A stretch of DNA of 64,000 nt from an uncultured Trueperaceae bacterium (GCA_963727505.1 CAVSGP010000004.1:128001-192000), one strand, 5' to 3'; shown: positions 34,454 through 45,225, counted from the first letter of the stretch. Numbers and translations are program-made. The notes: generated by a model from the sequence alone, not told the origin.

Positions 34454-36706
34454 TCACTCCAGCAACTCCCCAACGTCGCGCGGATCGACGTCCACGCGCA
34501 GACGGGCGCGCCCCATCCTGGGTGGAAGGCCCGCCAGGATCTGCTCCAGGCGGTCGGGAGCGGACAGGCGCAGCAGCACCTGGAAGGCATAGCGTCCCTT
34601 GAGGCGTGCCACCGGAGCGGGCGCCGGACCCAGCACCTCGTCCTCCTCGGCGCCCCGCCGACGCAGCTCCTCGGCCAGGGCGGCGGCGGCCTCGGCCGCC
34701 GCGCCCCGCTCCCGAGCGGCGAGCTGCAGCTTGGCCAACGCTCCGAAGGGCGGGTAGGCGAACCTCCGACGCCGCTCCAGCAGTTCGCCCACCAGAACCT
34801 CCACGGCCGGGTCCGGTGGATCGGCGGCGAGGGCCCGCAAGACGGGGTGCTGCGGTTGGTAGGTCTGGACCAACACCAGCGGGCGCCGGCGTGCCGAGAG
34901 CTCCCCCAGCTCCAGCAGCATCCGCAGCGCCTCCTCCTCTGCGCGAAAGTCGGCGAGGGACAGGTGCGTGTCGAACAGCGTCAGCGCCACAAGGGACAGG
35001 GAGGGAAGCGGCGGCAGTCGGAGCACCGCGGTCGTGCCCACCACCACGCCCGGCTCCCCCGCCAGCAGGGGCGAGAGGTCGTCGCGCCGATCCCTGTCGA
35101 AGCGCAGCACCTTCAGGCCATCCAGCATGCCGGCGAGCTGCTCGGCGACCCACTGCGTACCGGCTCCCCGCAACGGCGCCAGCACCGTCCCGCCGCAGGA
35201 GGGGCAGGCGGCGGGCGGGGCCTGCTCGTGGCCGCACTGGTGACAACGGAGCCTGCCGTCCTGGCGGTGATAGCGCAGGCTCAGGTCGCAGTTGGGGCAC
35301 TGCGCAGTCCAGCCGCACGCCTCGCAACCAAGCGCGGCCGAGAAGCCGCGGCGCGGCGCGATCAGCACCGCCTGCCGGCCACGCTCCCGCACCTGCTTCA
35401 GCACCCGCACCAGATCGGGATGCAGCGGCCAGTTCCCACTGCCCCCCATGTCGGCCGCATGCAGCCGCAGCCGCGGTAGCGGCAAGGTCCTGCGCGTGCC
35501 CTCGGGGAGGCGTACCAGCGTCTCCGGACCGGCGACCACATCGGTGAGCGTGAGCGCAGCGCCACTCGCACGGGCCAGCTGCGCGGCCGCGTCCGTGACG
35601 AAGAGCCGGGCACCCGCTTGCAGCTTGTAGCTGGCGCTGGCCGCCTCCGTGACGACCACCCGACCGAGGCGCGGCACCGGCGCCAGCAATGCCAGGTAGG
35701 TGCCGAGCACCACGACCGGTCCCGACGACGGCAGCTCTTCGAAGAGCCGCAGGCGCTGCTCGTCGTCGAGATCGCTGGAGAGCACGAACAGCGGGAGCGA
35801 CGCCAGCATCTCGGCGGCCTCGCTCAGGCGTACCTGCTCCGGCGCCAACACGAGCACGCTGCGCCCACCGTCGAGATCGCTGCGCAGGCGAGGCAGCAGC
35901 GCCGCCAGGCGCTGGCGGCGCAGGCCTCCGACCACCCCGCCGTCGCCGGCGGGCGGCACGGCGTCGGGAGGCGCCGGAGGCGGCGGCGGCGCGTCGAGCG
36001 AAGGACGCGGGAGGGTCGGCGGCGGGGCCTCCACCTCCCGGTAGGCGGCGTACCCCTTGCTCACCAGCGCCCGCACGGCGCTCTCGGGAACGTCGGCGTC
36101 GCGCGCCAGCTCCGCTGCGCTGTCGACCGTCTCCAGCTCCCACAGCCTGTGAAGCGCAACGCGCTGATTCGCGCGCCGTGCCCCCTGCAGCCCCTCATCC
36201 ACGGGCGCCACCGCTGCCAGCACGCGTACGGTGGGCCGGACGCGCACCACGTGCTCCTCGACCAGGCCCTGCGCGCGCAACCAGTCGAGGTGTTCGAGCG
36301 ACATCGTCGACGCCTCGACCCAATCGCCGTCGCGCTCCAAGCCCGGCACGTCCACCCCCGGCAAGGGCCGAACCAGGTGGCGTAGCGGGTCGCGGAACCC
36401 CCATGGCATGAGCGTGGCGAGCGCCACGCCGGCGGGAACGGCGGCGCGCCGCGCGATCTTCAGCAGCGCGTCGACCGCCTCGGGCGCCACGAAGGGATCG
36501 CGATCGAGCCCGTCGATCGCCTCACGGAGCTCCATGCCGCGGCCCGCAGGTACCTCGCGCCGCCCCACGATCAGCCCGACCCGGGCACCCCCCTGCCAGG
36601 GAACGGCCACGCGCCCGCCGACCGTCACGGGCTGCCCCGATGAGGGAGGCAGGTAGGTGAGCGGCTCGAGCGGGAGCGGCACGAGCACCTCGATCGCGGT
36701 GGGCAC
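34454..36706 (-). CDS. priA: Primosomal protein N' (helicase motifs degenerate)
   Basis: RRGFS, four CxxC pairs, VQTYQP, YPPF, GPAPAP, VDVDP. Confidence 0.92.
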   Translation of the reverse strand: MPTAIEVLVPLPLEPLTYLPPSSGQPVTVGGRVAVPWQGGARVGLIVGRREVPAGRGMELREAIDGLDRDPFVAPEAVDALLKIARRAAVPAGVALATLMPWGFRDPLRHLVRPLPGVDVPGLERDGDWVEASTMSLEHLDWLRAQGLVEEHVVRVRPTVRVLAAVAPVDEGLQGARRANQRVALHRLWELETVDSAAELARDADVPESAVRALVSKGYAAYREVEAPPPTLPRPSLDAPPPPPAPPDAVPPAGDGGVVGGLRRQRLAALLPRLRSDLDGGRSVLVLAPEQVRLSEAAEMLASLPLFVLSSDLDDEQRLRLFEELPSSGPVVVLGTYLALLAPVPRLGRVVVTEAASASYKLQAGARLFVTDAAAQLARASGAALTLTDVVAGPETLVRLPEGTRRTLPLPRLRLHAADMGGSGNWPLHPDLVRVLKQVRERGRQAVLIAPRRGFSAALGCEACGWTAQCPNCDLSLRYHRQDGRLRCHQCGHEQAPPAACPSCGGTVLAPLRGAGTQWVAEQLAGMLDGLKVLRFDRDRRDDLSPLLAGEPGVVVGTTAVLRLPPLPSLSLVALTLFDTHLSLADFRAEEEALRMLLELGELSARRRPLVLVQTYQPQHPVLRALAADPPDPAVEVLVGELLERRRRFAYPPFGALAKLQLAARERGAAAEAAAALAEELRRRGAEEDEVLGPAPAPVARLKGRYAFQVLLRLSAPDRLEQILAGLPPRMGRARLRVDVDPRDVGELLE

Positions 36707-36803
36707 GGGCCCCAGTCTACCCAGTCGCCAAGGCCGCTCTCGCCGCCGCCGGGCGCCCATCGGGGCCCCTCGGGCCCCGCCCGCGGTCGGTATAGTGTCG
36801 GTC

Positions 36804-37811
36804 ATGACCAGCACCAAGGGAGGCTACCGGGAGGCGGGCGTGGACCTGGCGTCGGCAGACGATGCCCTCGCTCGGGTCAAGGAGCTCGTGGCGAGCACCT
36901 ACACGCCTGGCGTCCTCAAGGGGCTCGGCGCCTTCGGTGGGCTGTTCGAGCTACCGCAGGGCCTGGAGCGCCCCGTGCTGGTGGCCTCGACCGACGGCGT
37001 CGGCACCAAGACCATGGTCGCCATGCGGCAGCGAGCCTACCCGGGGATCGGTCGCGATCTGGTCGATCATTGCGTCAACGACATCCTCGTCCAGGGCGCA
37101 AGGCCGCTGTTCTTCCTGGATTACGTCGCCAGCTCGAGGCTGGAACCGGCGGTGACGGCGGCGGTGGTGGAGGGCGTGGCCGACGCCTGCCGCGCCAACG
37201 GTGCTGCGCTGCTGGGCGGCGAGATGGCCGAGATGCCGGGCGTATACCGGGAGGGCGAGCTCGACGTGGTCGGCACCATCGTCGGCATCGTGGAACGGCG
37301 TGCCGTCGTCGACGGTTCGGCCGTTCGCGAAGGGGACGTCCTGCTGGGACTGGCGTCGGGTGGCTTGCAGACCAACGGCTTCAGTCTGGCCCGTCAGGTA
37401 CTGGCCGACGCCTTGGACGAACCCTTCGGAGACGGAACGGTCGCCGACGCTTTGCTGGCGCCGCACCGTAGCTTCCTCCCGGCCGTCACGCCGCTCCTCG
37501 ACGAGGCCGGTCTGGTGCACGCCATGGCGCACGTCACCGGCGGCGGCCTGCCGGGCAACCTGCCCCGCTCGCTGCCCGACGGGCTGGGCGCGGTGGTGGA
37601 CCGGGGGAGCTGGCAAGAGCCCGCCATCTTCGGGCTCATCCGTGAGCGCGGCGCCCTCGACGAGGACGAGATGGCGCGGGTGTTCAACCTGGGGGTGGGC
37701 TTCGTTCTGGTGGTGCCGCCCGAAGGTGTCGAGCAGGCGCGGCGCCTGTGCCCCGAGCCCCTGGTGCCCATCGGCCGCGTCGAGCGCGGCGCGGGCGTCC
37801 GCTTCCGCTAG
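36804..37811 (+). CDS. purM: AIR synthetase
   Basis: YREAGVD, TDGVGTK, PLFFLDY, AHVTGGG, FNLGVG. Confidence 0.96.
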   Translation: MTSTKGGYREAGVDLASADDALARVKELVASTYTPGVLKGLGAFGGLFELPQGLERPVLVASTDGVGTKTMVAMRQRAYPGIGRDLVDHCVNDILVQGARPLFFLDYVASSRLEPAVTAAVVEGVADACRANGAALLGGEMAEMPGVYREGELDVVGTIVGIVERRAVVDGSAVREGDVLLGLASGGLQTNGFSLARQVLADALDEPFGDGTVADALLAPHRSFLPAVTPLLDEAGLVHAMAHVTGGGLPGNLPRSLPDGLGAVVDRGSWQEPAIFGLIRERGALDEDEMARVFNLGVGFVLVVPPEGVEQARRLCPEPLVPIGRVERGAGVRFR

Positions 37812-37815
37812 TCCC

Positions 37816-38148
37816 TCACCGCAGCCAGGGGCCGGCCAGCGCCGCCCCGAGCATGTCGATCGACACCACCACGATGACGAGCAACAGGGCCTGGACACGG
37901 GCCGCACGGGTGCGGTGGCCAGCCAGTCTGACCGCCCACGCCAGGCCCGCGACCTGCGTCGCCGCCTGCCAGCGCGGGGCGCCGTGCAGCAGCAGCGCTC
38001 CTCCCACGACGAGCAGCCAGACGACCGTCGTCGCCCGCCAGGGAGCGACGGGGCGGCGCTCGGCGCGCGTGACGGCCGTGGGACCGTGTGCGACGGGGAG
38101 CGGAGGGTGGGGGTGGGGGTGGCTGGGTGCGGGCATGGGCTGCGCCAC
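37816..38148 (-). CDS. Hypothetical membrane protein
   Basis: 110 aa with hydrophobic segments; fills the gap between purM and the kinase. Confidence 0.45.
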   Translation of the reverse strand: MAQPMPAPSHPHPHPPLPVAHGPTAVTRAERRPVAPWRATTVVWLLVVGGALLLHGAPRWQAATQVAGLAWAVRLAGHRTRAARVQALLLVIVVVSIDMLGAALAGPWLR

Positions 38149-38245
38149 AGCGCCGCGACCCCTTCGGGGGGATCGCTGCAGCGGGCCCTCAGCCTAGGAC
38201 CGCACGCCCAACGGAACTCTTACGACCTTCAACGCAGACGAGCGA

Positions 38246-39745
38246 TCAATCGGCGTTGCGACGGCTCAAGACGCCGGGGCCGTCGCCAAGGGCGCCTCGC
38301 GTGGCCGGTGTCTCACTGAGCTTCGGGTTGAGGGCGGGCAGCGTTACCGTGAACACCGTTCCCTCCCCCACCCGGGACTCCACCGCTACGCTGCCGCCGT
38401 GCTGTTGCACGATCCAGCGCACGATGGCGAGCCCCAGACCGGAGCCGTTGCCACGTCCGCTGCGCGCGCCGTCCACACGGTAGAAGCGGTCGAACAGGTG
38501 CGGGATCGCTTCGGGTGGGATGCCGGGCCCGTCGTCCAGGATCTCCAGCTTCACCTCCTGCCGCTCCCGTGCCACCCCGATGGTGATGTGCTTGGCGCCG
38601 GCATTGATGGCGTTGTGGATGAGGTTGAGCACCACCTGCTTGAGGCGACTCTGGTCGCCGCGCACCTCGAGCACCGGCATGGCGGTGTCGACCTCGATGA
38701 CCGCGTCGCCGGCGACCGGAGCCACCTCCATGTGCACGGCTTCCAGCACCTCGATCAGGTTCATGGGCTCGAGCTGGATGGAGAACCCTGCGTCGGCCCG
38801 GGCGAGCTCGAGGAGGTCGTTGACGAGCTTCGCCATGCGCTCCGCCTCGCGGCGGATGACGGTCAAGGAATCGCTCTGCGCCTCGGTCGGATGGGTCCGC
38901 CTGAGCAGGTAGTTGGCGTGCCCGACGATGGCCGTCACCGGCGTGCGCAGCTCGTGGCTGGCGTCGGCGGTGAAGCGTCGCTGCGTCTCGAAGGACTCCT
39001 GCAGCCGGTCCAGCATGTTGTTGATGGTGACCGCCGTCTCGCGGATCTCGTCACGGCTGGTCGGGGTGGGAACGCGCTGCGAAAGGTCGCGCCCGGAGAC
39101 GCGGGCGGCCGCCGCCGTCACGCGCTTCAACGGTTGCAGGGCCCGGCTCGACAACAGCCACACCCCTGCTCCGAACGCCAGGAACGCCAGCAGGACCGTC
39201 AAGACCAGGTTGCGGGCGAGCTGGTCGAGCGTGCGGGCCACCGTGCTCGACGGGATGCCCACGAAGGTCACGGCTTCGAAGGTGCGCGACTGCGCCGGGA
39301 AGTAGAGCGTGCCGAGCTCCGCCAGCACGGTGAGTTGCTCCCCTCCCGCCAGCGACACCACCGAGGTGGCGTGCCCCTTGCCGAGCAGGTCGGAGAGCGC
39401 CGCATCGGGCATGAGCCCGACCAGCGAGTCCTCGGTCGGGTTGGCGCGAGGGTAGTCCGACGGGCGGTAGGGGAATCCGTCGCGGATTCCCTGCGGCGTC
39501 TCGGGGACCTTGTTGGCGGACCCCAACAGAATGATTTGATAATACGCGTCGCTGGGGAGCTTCTGCAGCCCCTCGCGCACCGGTACGGTGCCGCTCGTCA
39601 GGTCCGTCAGCGCCTGCTGGGCACGGTCTTCCAACGCCGAGGTCAGGGAGTGCTCGGTCAGGATGTAGACCGACACGGCCACGGCACCCAGGATCAGCGC
39701 GATGAACGCGCTGAAGAACAGTGTCAGGCGGAGGCGCAGGGACAT
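38246..39745 (-). CDS. HAMP sensor histidine kinase
   Basis: 2 TMs, HAMP, ADASHELRTP, N/G1/F/G2 boxes. Confidence 0.95.
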   Translation of the reverse strand: MSLRLRLTLFFSAFIALILGAVAVSVYILTEHSLTSALEDRAQQALTDLTSGTVPVREGLQKLPSDAYYQIILLGSANKVPETPQGIRDGFPYRPSDYPRANPTEDSLVGLMPDAALSDLLGKGHATSVVSLAGGEQLTVLAELGTLYFPAQSRTFEAVTFVGIPSSTVARTLDQLARNLVLTVLLAFLAFGAGVWLLSSRALQPLKRVTAAAARVSGRDLSQRVPTPTSRDEIRETAVTINNMLDRLQESFETQRRFTADASHELRTPVTAIVGHANYLLRRTHPTEAQSDSLTVIRREAERMAKLVNDLLELARADAGFSIQLEPMNLIEVLEAVHMEVAPVAGDAVIEVDTAMPVLEVRGDQSRLKQVVLNLIHNAINAGAKHITIGVARERQEVKLEILDDGPGIPPEAIPHLFDRFYRVDGARSGRGNGSGLGLAIVRWIVQQHGGSVAVESRVGEGTVFTVTLPALNPKLSETPATRGALGDGPGVLSRRNAD

Positions 39746-39752
39746 GGCGAGC

Positions 39753-40430
39753 CTATTCCTCGCGCAGCACGTAACCCACGCCGCGCACGGTGTGGATCAG
39801 CCGCCGTTCTCCTTCTTTCTCGAGCTTGCGGCGAAGGTAGCCAACGTAGACGTCCACCACGTTGCTCCCGCCGGTGTACTCGGGCCACACCTTCTCCTCG
39901 ATCTCGAAGCGGTTGAAGACCTTGCCAGGGTTGCGCGCGAAGAGCTCGAGCAGCTCGAACTCCTTGGCCGACAGCTCGATGCGGCGGCCGTCGCGGAACA
40001 CCTCACGACCGTCGAGGTTCATCACCAGATCGGCCACGCGGACCTCGCCCGTGACGGCGGGGTTCACGCGACGCAGGTGGGCGCGCACCCGGGCGAGCAG
40101 CTCCTCGATGCTGAAAGGCTTGACCAGGTAATCGTCCGCCCCCGAGTCGAGCCCGGTGACCTTGTCGTCCACCGAGTCCTTGGCCGTGAGGATGATGATC
40201 GGCGTGTTGCTCGTCTTACGGATGCGGCGCGCCACTTCCAGGCCGTCCAGCACCGGCAACATCAGGTCGAGCACCACCAGATCGGGGTTGAGCTCACGGA
40301 ACTTCGAGAGACCGGTGACCCCGTCGTACGTGACAACGGTGTCGTAGCTCTCGGCCTGGAGCTCCAGGTCGATGAACTTCGCGATCTCCTTTTCGTCTTC
40401 AACGATCAGGATGAGGGGTCTGCGCTCCAT
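39753..40430 (-). CDS. OmpR-family response regulator
   Basis: VEDE, LDLMLP, KPF, winged helix TVRGVGY. Confidence 0.96.
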   Translation of the reverse strand: MERRPLILIVEDEKEIAKFIDLELQAESYDTVVTYDGVTGLSKFRELNPDLVVLDLMLPVLDGLEVARRIRKTSNTPIIILTAKDSVDDKVTGLDSGADDYLVKPFSIEELLARVRAHLRRVNPAVTGEVRVADLVMNLDGREVFRDGRRIELSAKEFELLELFARNPGKVFNRFEIEEKVWPEYTGGSNVVDVYVGYLRRKLEKEGERRLIHTVRGVGYVLREE

Positions 40431-40497
40431 GAAGGGCATTATGCCGCCCGTTCTCATGAGAGTCTTGATGAGCGCGACGTTCCCGGCGCGACGCGGC

Positions 40498-40995
40498 CTA
40501 CCCGGACGCCGTTCCGTGCTCCTGCAATGGGATGGTCTCCTGCACGATGATCGCCGTCTGGAGCACGCTTTCTGCCCACGCCTGCGCGCCCGGGAGCGAG
40601 TGGTCGCGCCAGTTGCCGCAGGTCTTCTCGCTGCATCCCGGGATGGGACCGTCGTGGCGGGTCACGTCCAGCAGCGCGGCCTCGAAGGCAACGCGGACCT
40701 GTTCGATGTCCGGCTCGCCCATGACCGTGAGGTAGAAGCCGGTGCGACATCCCATCGGGCTGGCGTCCACGATGGTGGCCGCCAGACGGTCGCGCAGGTA
40801 GCCCGCCAGCAGGTGCTCCATGGTGTGCAACGCGGCGGTCGGGACCTCGGCGCGGTTGGGTTGCACCAGGCGCAGGTCGAACTTCGAGACCACGTCGCCG
40901 TGCGGTCCTTGATAGTGGCCCGCGTGGCGCACGTACGGTGCGCGGACCCGGGTGTGGTCGAGGTCGAAACTGGCGACTCGGGTGACGGGTTCCAT
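40498..40995 (-). CDS. luxS: S-ribosylhomocysteine lyase
   Basis: [24 protein letters not shown]. Confidence 0.96.
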   Translation of the reverse strand: MEPVTRVASFDLDHTRVRAPYVRHAGHYQGPHGDVVSKFDLRLVQPNRAEVPTAALHTMEHLLAGYLRDRLAATIVDASPMGCRTGFYLTVMGEPDIEQVRVAFEAALLDVTRHDGPIPGCSEKTCGNWRDHSLPGAQAWAESVLQTAIIVQETIPLQEHGTASG

Positions 40996-41120
40996 GCCGG
41001 CAGTATACGGGCCGCCCGCCCCGAGAGAACGGGCGCGGAACGGCCCCTAGCCAGAAAAGGCACCGCCGGTTACACTGGTCCCCGGCCCGACATCGGCAAG
41101 GCAGCGGCCTGGACACAACT

Positions 41121-41735
41121 ATGAGCACGCGATACGCACGGGGACGGAATCAGGGAGGCCGACGCAGCGCCAGCGTCGCGGCGGGGACCGACGAGCCCTA
41201 CCGCATCACGCCGACCGACGAGCGCGTCGCCATCTTCATCGACGGCAGCAACCTCTACAACGGCATGCGCGAGAACCTGCAGAACACGCGGGTCAACATG
41301 GCGGAGTTCATCGAGCAGCTCCGTCGCGAACGCCCGCTGTTCCGCACCTACTACTACAACGCCACCCTCACCGACGACTACGACGAGGACCTGCGCGACG
41401 GCCAGCAGCGCTTCTTCGAGTCGCTGCGGCGCATCCCCTACGTCACCGTGCGGCTCGGACGCCTGCACCGCAGGCAGGACGGCTCGCTGGTCGAGAAGGG
41501 GATCGACGTGGCGCTGGCCGTGGAAGCACTGGCGCTCGCCTACCAGGACGCCTACGACTCCGCCCTGCTGGTCTCTGGCGACGGCGACTACGTGGAGCTG
41601 GTCGAGGGCATCAAGCGCACCGGCAAGCACGTGGAGTGCGCCATGTTCAAGAACCAGTCGGCCGGCATCCTGCTCGAGTACGTGGACATCTTCCAACCGC
41701 TCGACGACCTCGACTGGTCCCACATCCTGTTCTGA
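41121..41735 (+). CDS. NYN/LabA-DUF88 domain protein
   Basis: FIDGSN, EKGIDV, SGDGDY. Confidence 0.92.
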   Translation: MSTRYARGRNQGGRRSASVAAGTDEPYRITPTDERVAIFIDGSNLYNGMRENLQNTRVNMAEFIEQLRRERPLFRTYYYNATLTDDYDEDLRDGQQRFFESLRRIPYVTVRLGRLHRRQDGSLVEKGIDVALAVEALALAYQDAYDSALLVSGDGDYVELVEGIKRTGKHVECAMFKNQSAGILLEYVDIFQPLDDLDWSHILF

Positions 41736-41802
41736 CCGCGAGCCCGCCGCACCCTTTCGTCGACTCCAGGGCTGACCGCCCGAGGGCGGGCTCGCGCCGC
41801 GT

Positions 41803-42939
41803 CTAGCTCCGCAGGCGGTCGACCACCGGCTCGAGCCCGCGGGCCTCGTCGATGAAGAGCTGCAGGTGCGGGAACGGGATCTGGATGCCCGCCCCGTCCA
41901 GGGCCTCCTTGGCGCCCTCGACCAGGCCGGAGCTCACCACCGGCTCGACGGCGATCGTCTCCGGCCCGATCCAGGCGAGCATCACCAGGTTCACCGACGA
42001 CGATCCCAATTCCTCCACCAGCACCGACGGCGCGTGCATGGCGTCCTGCAGCACCTGCGGGTGCTGCCGCAGCACCGGCATCAGCGCCTCGCGCGCGGCC
42101 CGCGCCGACTCCTTGTAGGCGATCCCCACCGGCACGCGCAGACGTAGTGGCCCGCCGGCTGACAGGTTGACGATCTCCGCCGACGCTACCTTGGCGTTGG
42201 GGATGGAGCTGTGCACGTTGTCGCGTGACACCACGCGGGTGGTGCGGAGACTGATGCGCTCGACCCGCCCCACCTTCCCGGCGAGCTCGACCCAGTCCCC
42301 GATCCGGAAGGGGCGCTCGATGAGCAGCGTGACGCCCGAGATGAAGTTCGACAGCGTGTCCTGCGCCGCGAACCCCACCGCGATCCCGACGACGCCCAGG
42401 GCGGTGATGACCCCCAGCACGTCGACGCCGAACTGGTCCATGACGGTGACCACCGCCAGGGCGGCAACGACCACGCCCACCACGTTGCGCAGGAGTTGCA
42501 CCAGAGAGCGGTCGAGCCCCGCGCGGGCGGTGGCGTTGGACAGCAACCGGTGCGTCATCAGCCAGGCCGCGTAGTAGACGAGCGCGAACAGCGCCGCGGT
42601 GGCGACGCGGCCGAGCACCGCGGTGGCGACGCCGAACTGCGCCAGCACCGCCAGCGACGCCAGCAGCGTGACGGCGTAGGCGAGCGCGCGCTGCAGCATC
42701 CTCACCAGGTCGGAGGGCACGCGCAGGCGCCGTCCCGCCACCTCGAACACGCGCGTCACGATGGCGTAGGCCGCCCCGAACAGCACCAGCAGCAACAGCG
42801 CCACGATCAGCCGGGTGGCGAGCGTGGCCAGCGCGCCTCCGCTGGCGACGCCCTGCGGCCCGAAGGGGCCGAGCGCCCGCAGCAGGCTCTGCCGAAGTTG
42901 CTCCCACACGCTGGCCAGGAAACCGCCGGCCCCGCTCAC
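41803..42939 (-). CDS. MscS mechanosensitive channel
   Basis: GFAAQDTLSNFISG, RPFRIGD, IPN, IPFP; start 42939 or 42978. Confidence 0.9.
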   Translation of the reverse strand: MSGAGGFLASVWEQLRQSLLRALGPFGPQGVASGGALATLATRLIVALLLLVLFGAAYAIVTRVFEVAGRRLRVPSDLVRMLQRALAYAVTLLASLAVLAQFGVATAVLGRVATAALFALVYYAAWLMTHRLLSNATARAGLDRSLVQLLRNVVGVVVAALAVVTVMDQFGVDVLGVITALGVVGIAVGFAAQDTLSNFISGVTLLIERPFRIGDWVELAGKVGRVERISLRTTRVVSRDNVHSSIPNAKVASAEIVNLSAGGPLRLRVPVGIAYKESARAAREALMPVLRQHPQVLQDAMHAPSVLVEELGSSSVNLVMLAWIGPETIAVEPVVSSGLVEGAKEALDGAGIQIPFPHLQLFIDEARGLEPVVDRLRS

Positions 42940-43055
42940 GCGGCCGCTCCGGTCGTGCTCGGCGGTCGGCCCCGGCACCGACAGCGCCGCGCCTTCGACC
43001 CCGTGACCCGGCCTCCGATCGGCGAGGTCAGCGCGCCTGTCAACGTCTGCGTCAT
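42936..43055 (-). CDS. Putative 39-aa ORF coupled to mscS
   Basis: TATACT box, GAGGAGGGG RBS, ATG; TGA overlaps mscS GTG. Confidence 0.4.
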   Translation of the reverse strand: MTQTLTGALTSPIGGRVTGSKARRCRCRGRPPSTTGAAA

Positions 43056-43134
43056 GACGTTCCCCTCCTCGCCGCGAGTATACGGGCGCGCCGAGGACCC
43101 GCGTCCGGGCCCGCGCGTGCTAAGATTTTCCTTC

Positions 43135-43545
<411 letters not shown>

Positions 43546-43548
43546 TAC

Positions 43549-43576
43549 GGGGCGATCCTTCGGGGTCGCCCCCTTC
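43549..43576 (+). terminator. rnpB terminator
   Basis: ggggcgatcc-TTCG-gggtcgcccc followed by cttct. Confidence 0.7.
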
Positions 43577-43626
43577 TCATGCCGTTTCCAGGCTCCCCAC
43601 CCGTAGCCGCGCGGTCCTCTACGCCG

Positions 43627-43671
43627 CACGGCCCTACGCAACACGGCCCTGCGCAACACGGCCCTGCGTCG
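43627..43671. repeat. 3 x 15-bp tandem repeat
   Basis: cacggccctacgcaa / cacggccctgcgcaa / cacggccctgcgtcg. Confidence 0.85.
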
Positions 43672-43791
43672 AACGCCTCCGACGGCCGTCGGGTACGAAG
43701 CGCTCCGGTGGGAGCGCCCGGGGGCTCGGCGCCGGCTCCGGCACGTCGGTGGGGGACCGGTGGGGAGGCCTTCGGCTAACGGGGTTATTTC

Positions 43792-43831
43792 GTGAGGAAC
43801 GGTGGGAGAACGTGGGAAAATGTGGTAGAAT
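43792..43831 (+). promoter_or_regulatory. MraZ-binding repeats and dcw promoter
   Basis: GTGAG/GTGGG/GTGGG/GTGGT at 10-bp spacing (43792, 43802, 43812, 43822) running into TAGAAT. Confidence 0.8.
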
Positions 43832-43894
43832 ATCCCGAAGCGGTTCGAGGCGGTGGGTACGCCGCAACCACGTGGAACGAGGAGCGACCAGGGC

Positions 43895-44323
43895 ATGCCG
43901 TTCGGGGAATTCCAGTACGCGGTGGACGACAAGGGCCGGGTGATCATGCCCCCCGCCTTCCGCGATTTCGTGGAGGATGGCATGGTCGTCACCCGCGGCA
44001 TGGAGGGTTGCCTCTACGTCTTCCCCGTGGCCTCCTGGCAGCGCATCGAGACCCGCCTCACCGAACTCCCCCTGACCGACCCGGAAGCGCGCAACTTCGT
44101 GCGCTTCTTCTATTCGGGCGCCGCCAAGGCGAAGCTCGACTCCGCCGGGCGCATCACCCTGCCCGCGACACTCCGCGCCTTCGCCGAGGTGGAGGGCAAC
44201 GTGGTGGTCGCCGGCGCACCCAACCGGCTGGAGGTCTGGAATGAGGACCGCTGGCTGAGCAACCTCACCGCCGTGCAGGCGCAACCGCCAGCACCCGACC
44301 TGCTGCGGGAGCTGGTGGGATGA
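43895..44323 (+). CDS. mraZ: Division/cell wall cluster regulator
   Basis: DDKGRV, LDSAGRI, LEVW. Confidence 0.96.
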   Translation: MPFGEFQYAVDDKGRVIMPPAFRDFVEDGMVVTRGMEGCLYVFPVASWQRIETRLTELPLTDPEARNFVRFFYSGAAKAKLDSAGRITLPATLRAFAEVEGNVVVAGAPNRLEVWNEDRWLSNLTAVQAQPPAPDLLRELVG

Positions 44324-45225
44324 GCGCCGCCGCGCAACAGGCCCACCGCCCCGTGATGGTGGCTACGGCTCTGGAATATCTGCAGCCGCGCGCCGGCGTC
44401 TGGGTGATCGACGCCACCTTCGGCGCCGGCGGGCATACCCGCGCCCTGCTCGAAGCGGGCGCGAACGTTCTCGGCATCGATCAGGACCCCCGGGCCGCCG
44501 ACCACGTCGGCAGTCTCACCGACGACGGCGCAGCCGTCGCGCCTCGCGACGCGTCGGGCGCCTTCCTGTTCGCCGCGGGCAACTTCCGCGACATGGAGCG
44601 GCTGGCACGATCGCACGAGCTCTCCGCCGTCGCCGGTGTCCTCCTCGACCTGGGGGTCTCGTCGATGCAGCTCGACGAGGGGGAGCGCGGGTTCGCCTTC
44701 CGCGCCGACGGACCGCTCGACATGCGCATGGACGGCACCGGTCCCAGCGCCGCCGACATCGTCAACGAGGCTCCCATGGAGGAGATCGCAGCGCTGGTGT
44801 GGCGCTACGGCGAGGACCGCTACAGCCGCCGCATCGCCCGCCGCATCGTGGAGGCGCGCGAGCGCGCGCCGATCCTAACCACCGGCCGCCTGGCCGAGGT
44901 GGTGGCCTCGGCCTACCCCGGCGGTCCCCGCCGCGCGCACCCGGCGCGGCGCACCTTCCAGGCTCTACGGATCCATGTCAACGACGAGCTCGGCGCCCTC
45001 CAGGAAGGCCTCGAAGCCGCTGCCCGGCTGCTCGAGCAAGGGGGTCGGCTGGTGGTCATCAGCTACCACTCGCTGGAGGACCGCATCGTGAAGCGCTTCC
45101 TGAACGACTCGCCCCGCATGCATGCGCTCACCAAGAAGCCCCTGACGCCCAGCGAGGCCGAGGTGGAGGCCAACCCGCGGGCACGTGCCGCCAAGTTCCG
45201 TGCCGGCGAGAGGACAGCGGCGTGA
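44320..45225 (+). CDS. rsmH: 16S rRNA m4C1402 methyltransferase
   Basis: HRPVM, DATFGAGGH, DLGVSSMQLD, SYHSLED. Confidence 0.96.
   Translation: MSAAAQQAHRPVMVATALEYLQPRAGVWVIDATFGAGGHTRALLEAGANVLGIDQDPRAADHVGSLTDDGAAVAPRDASGAFLFAAGNFRDMERLARSHELSAVAGVLLDLGVSSMQLDEGERGFAFRADGPLDMRMDGTGPSAADIVNEAPMEEIAALVWRYGEDRYSRRIARRIVEARERAPILTTGRLAEVVASAYPGGPRRAHPARRTFQALRIHVNDELGALQEGLEAAARLLEQGGRLVVISYHSLEDRIVKRFLNDSPRMHALTKKPLTPSEAEVEANPRARAAKFRAGERTAA

Noticed and set aside
41121..41735. NYN protein as a toxin or defence nuclease
   Set aside because: Stand-alone LabA/DUF88 type in housekeeping context with no antitoxin or defence neighbours.
43627..43671. CRISPR array
   Set aside because: Contiguous 15-bp units with no spacers and no cas genes.
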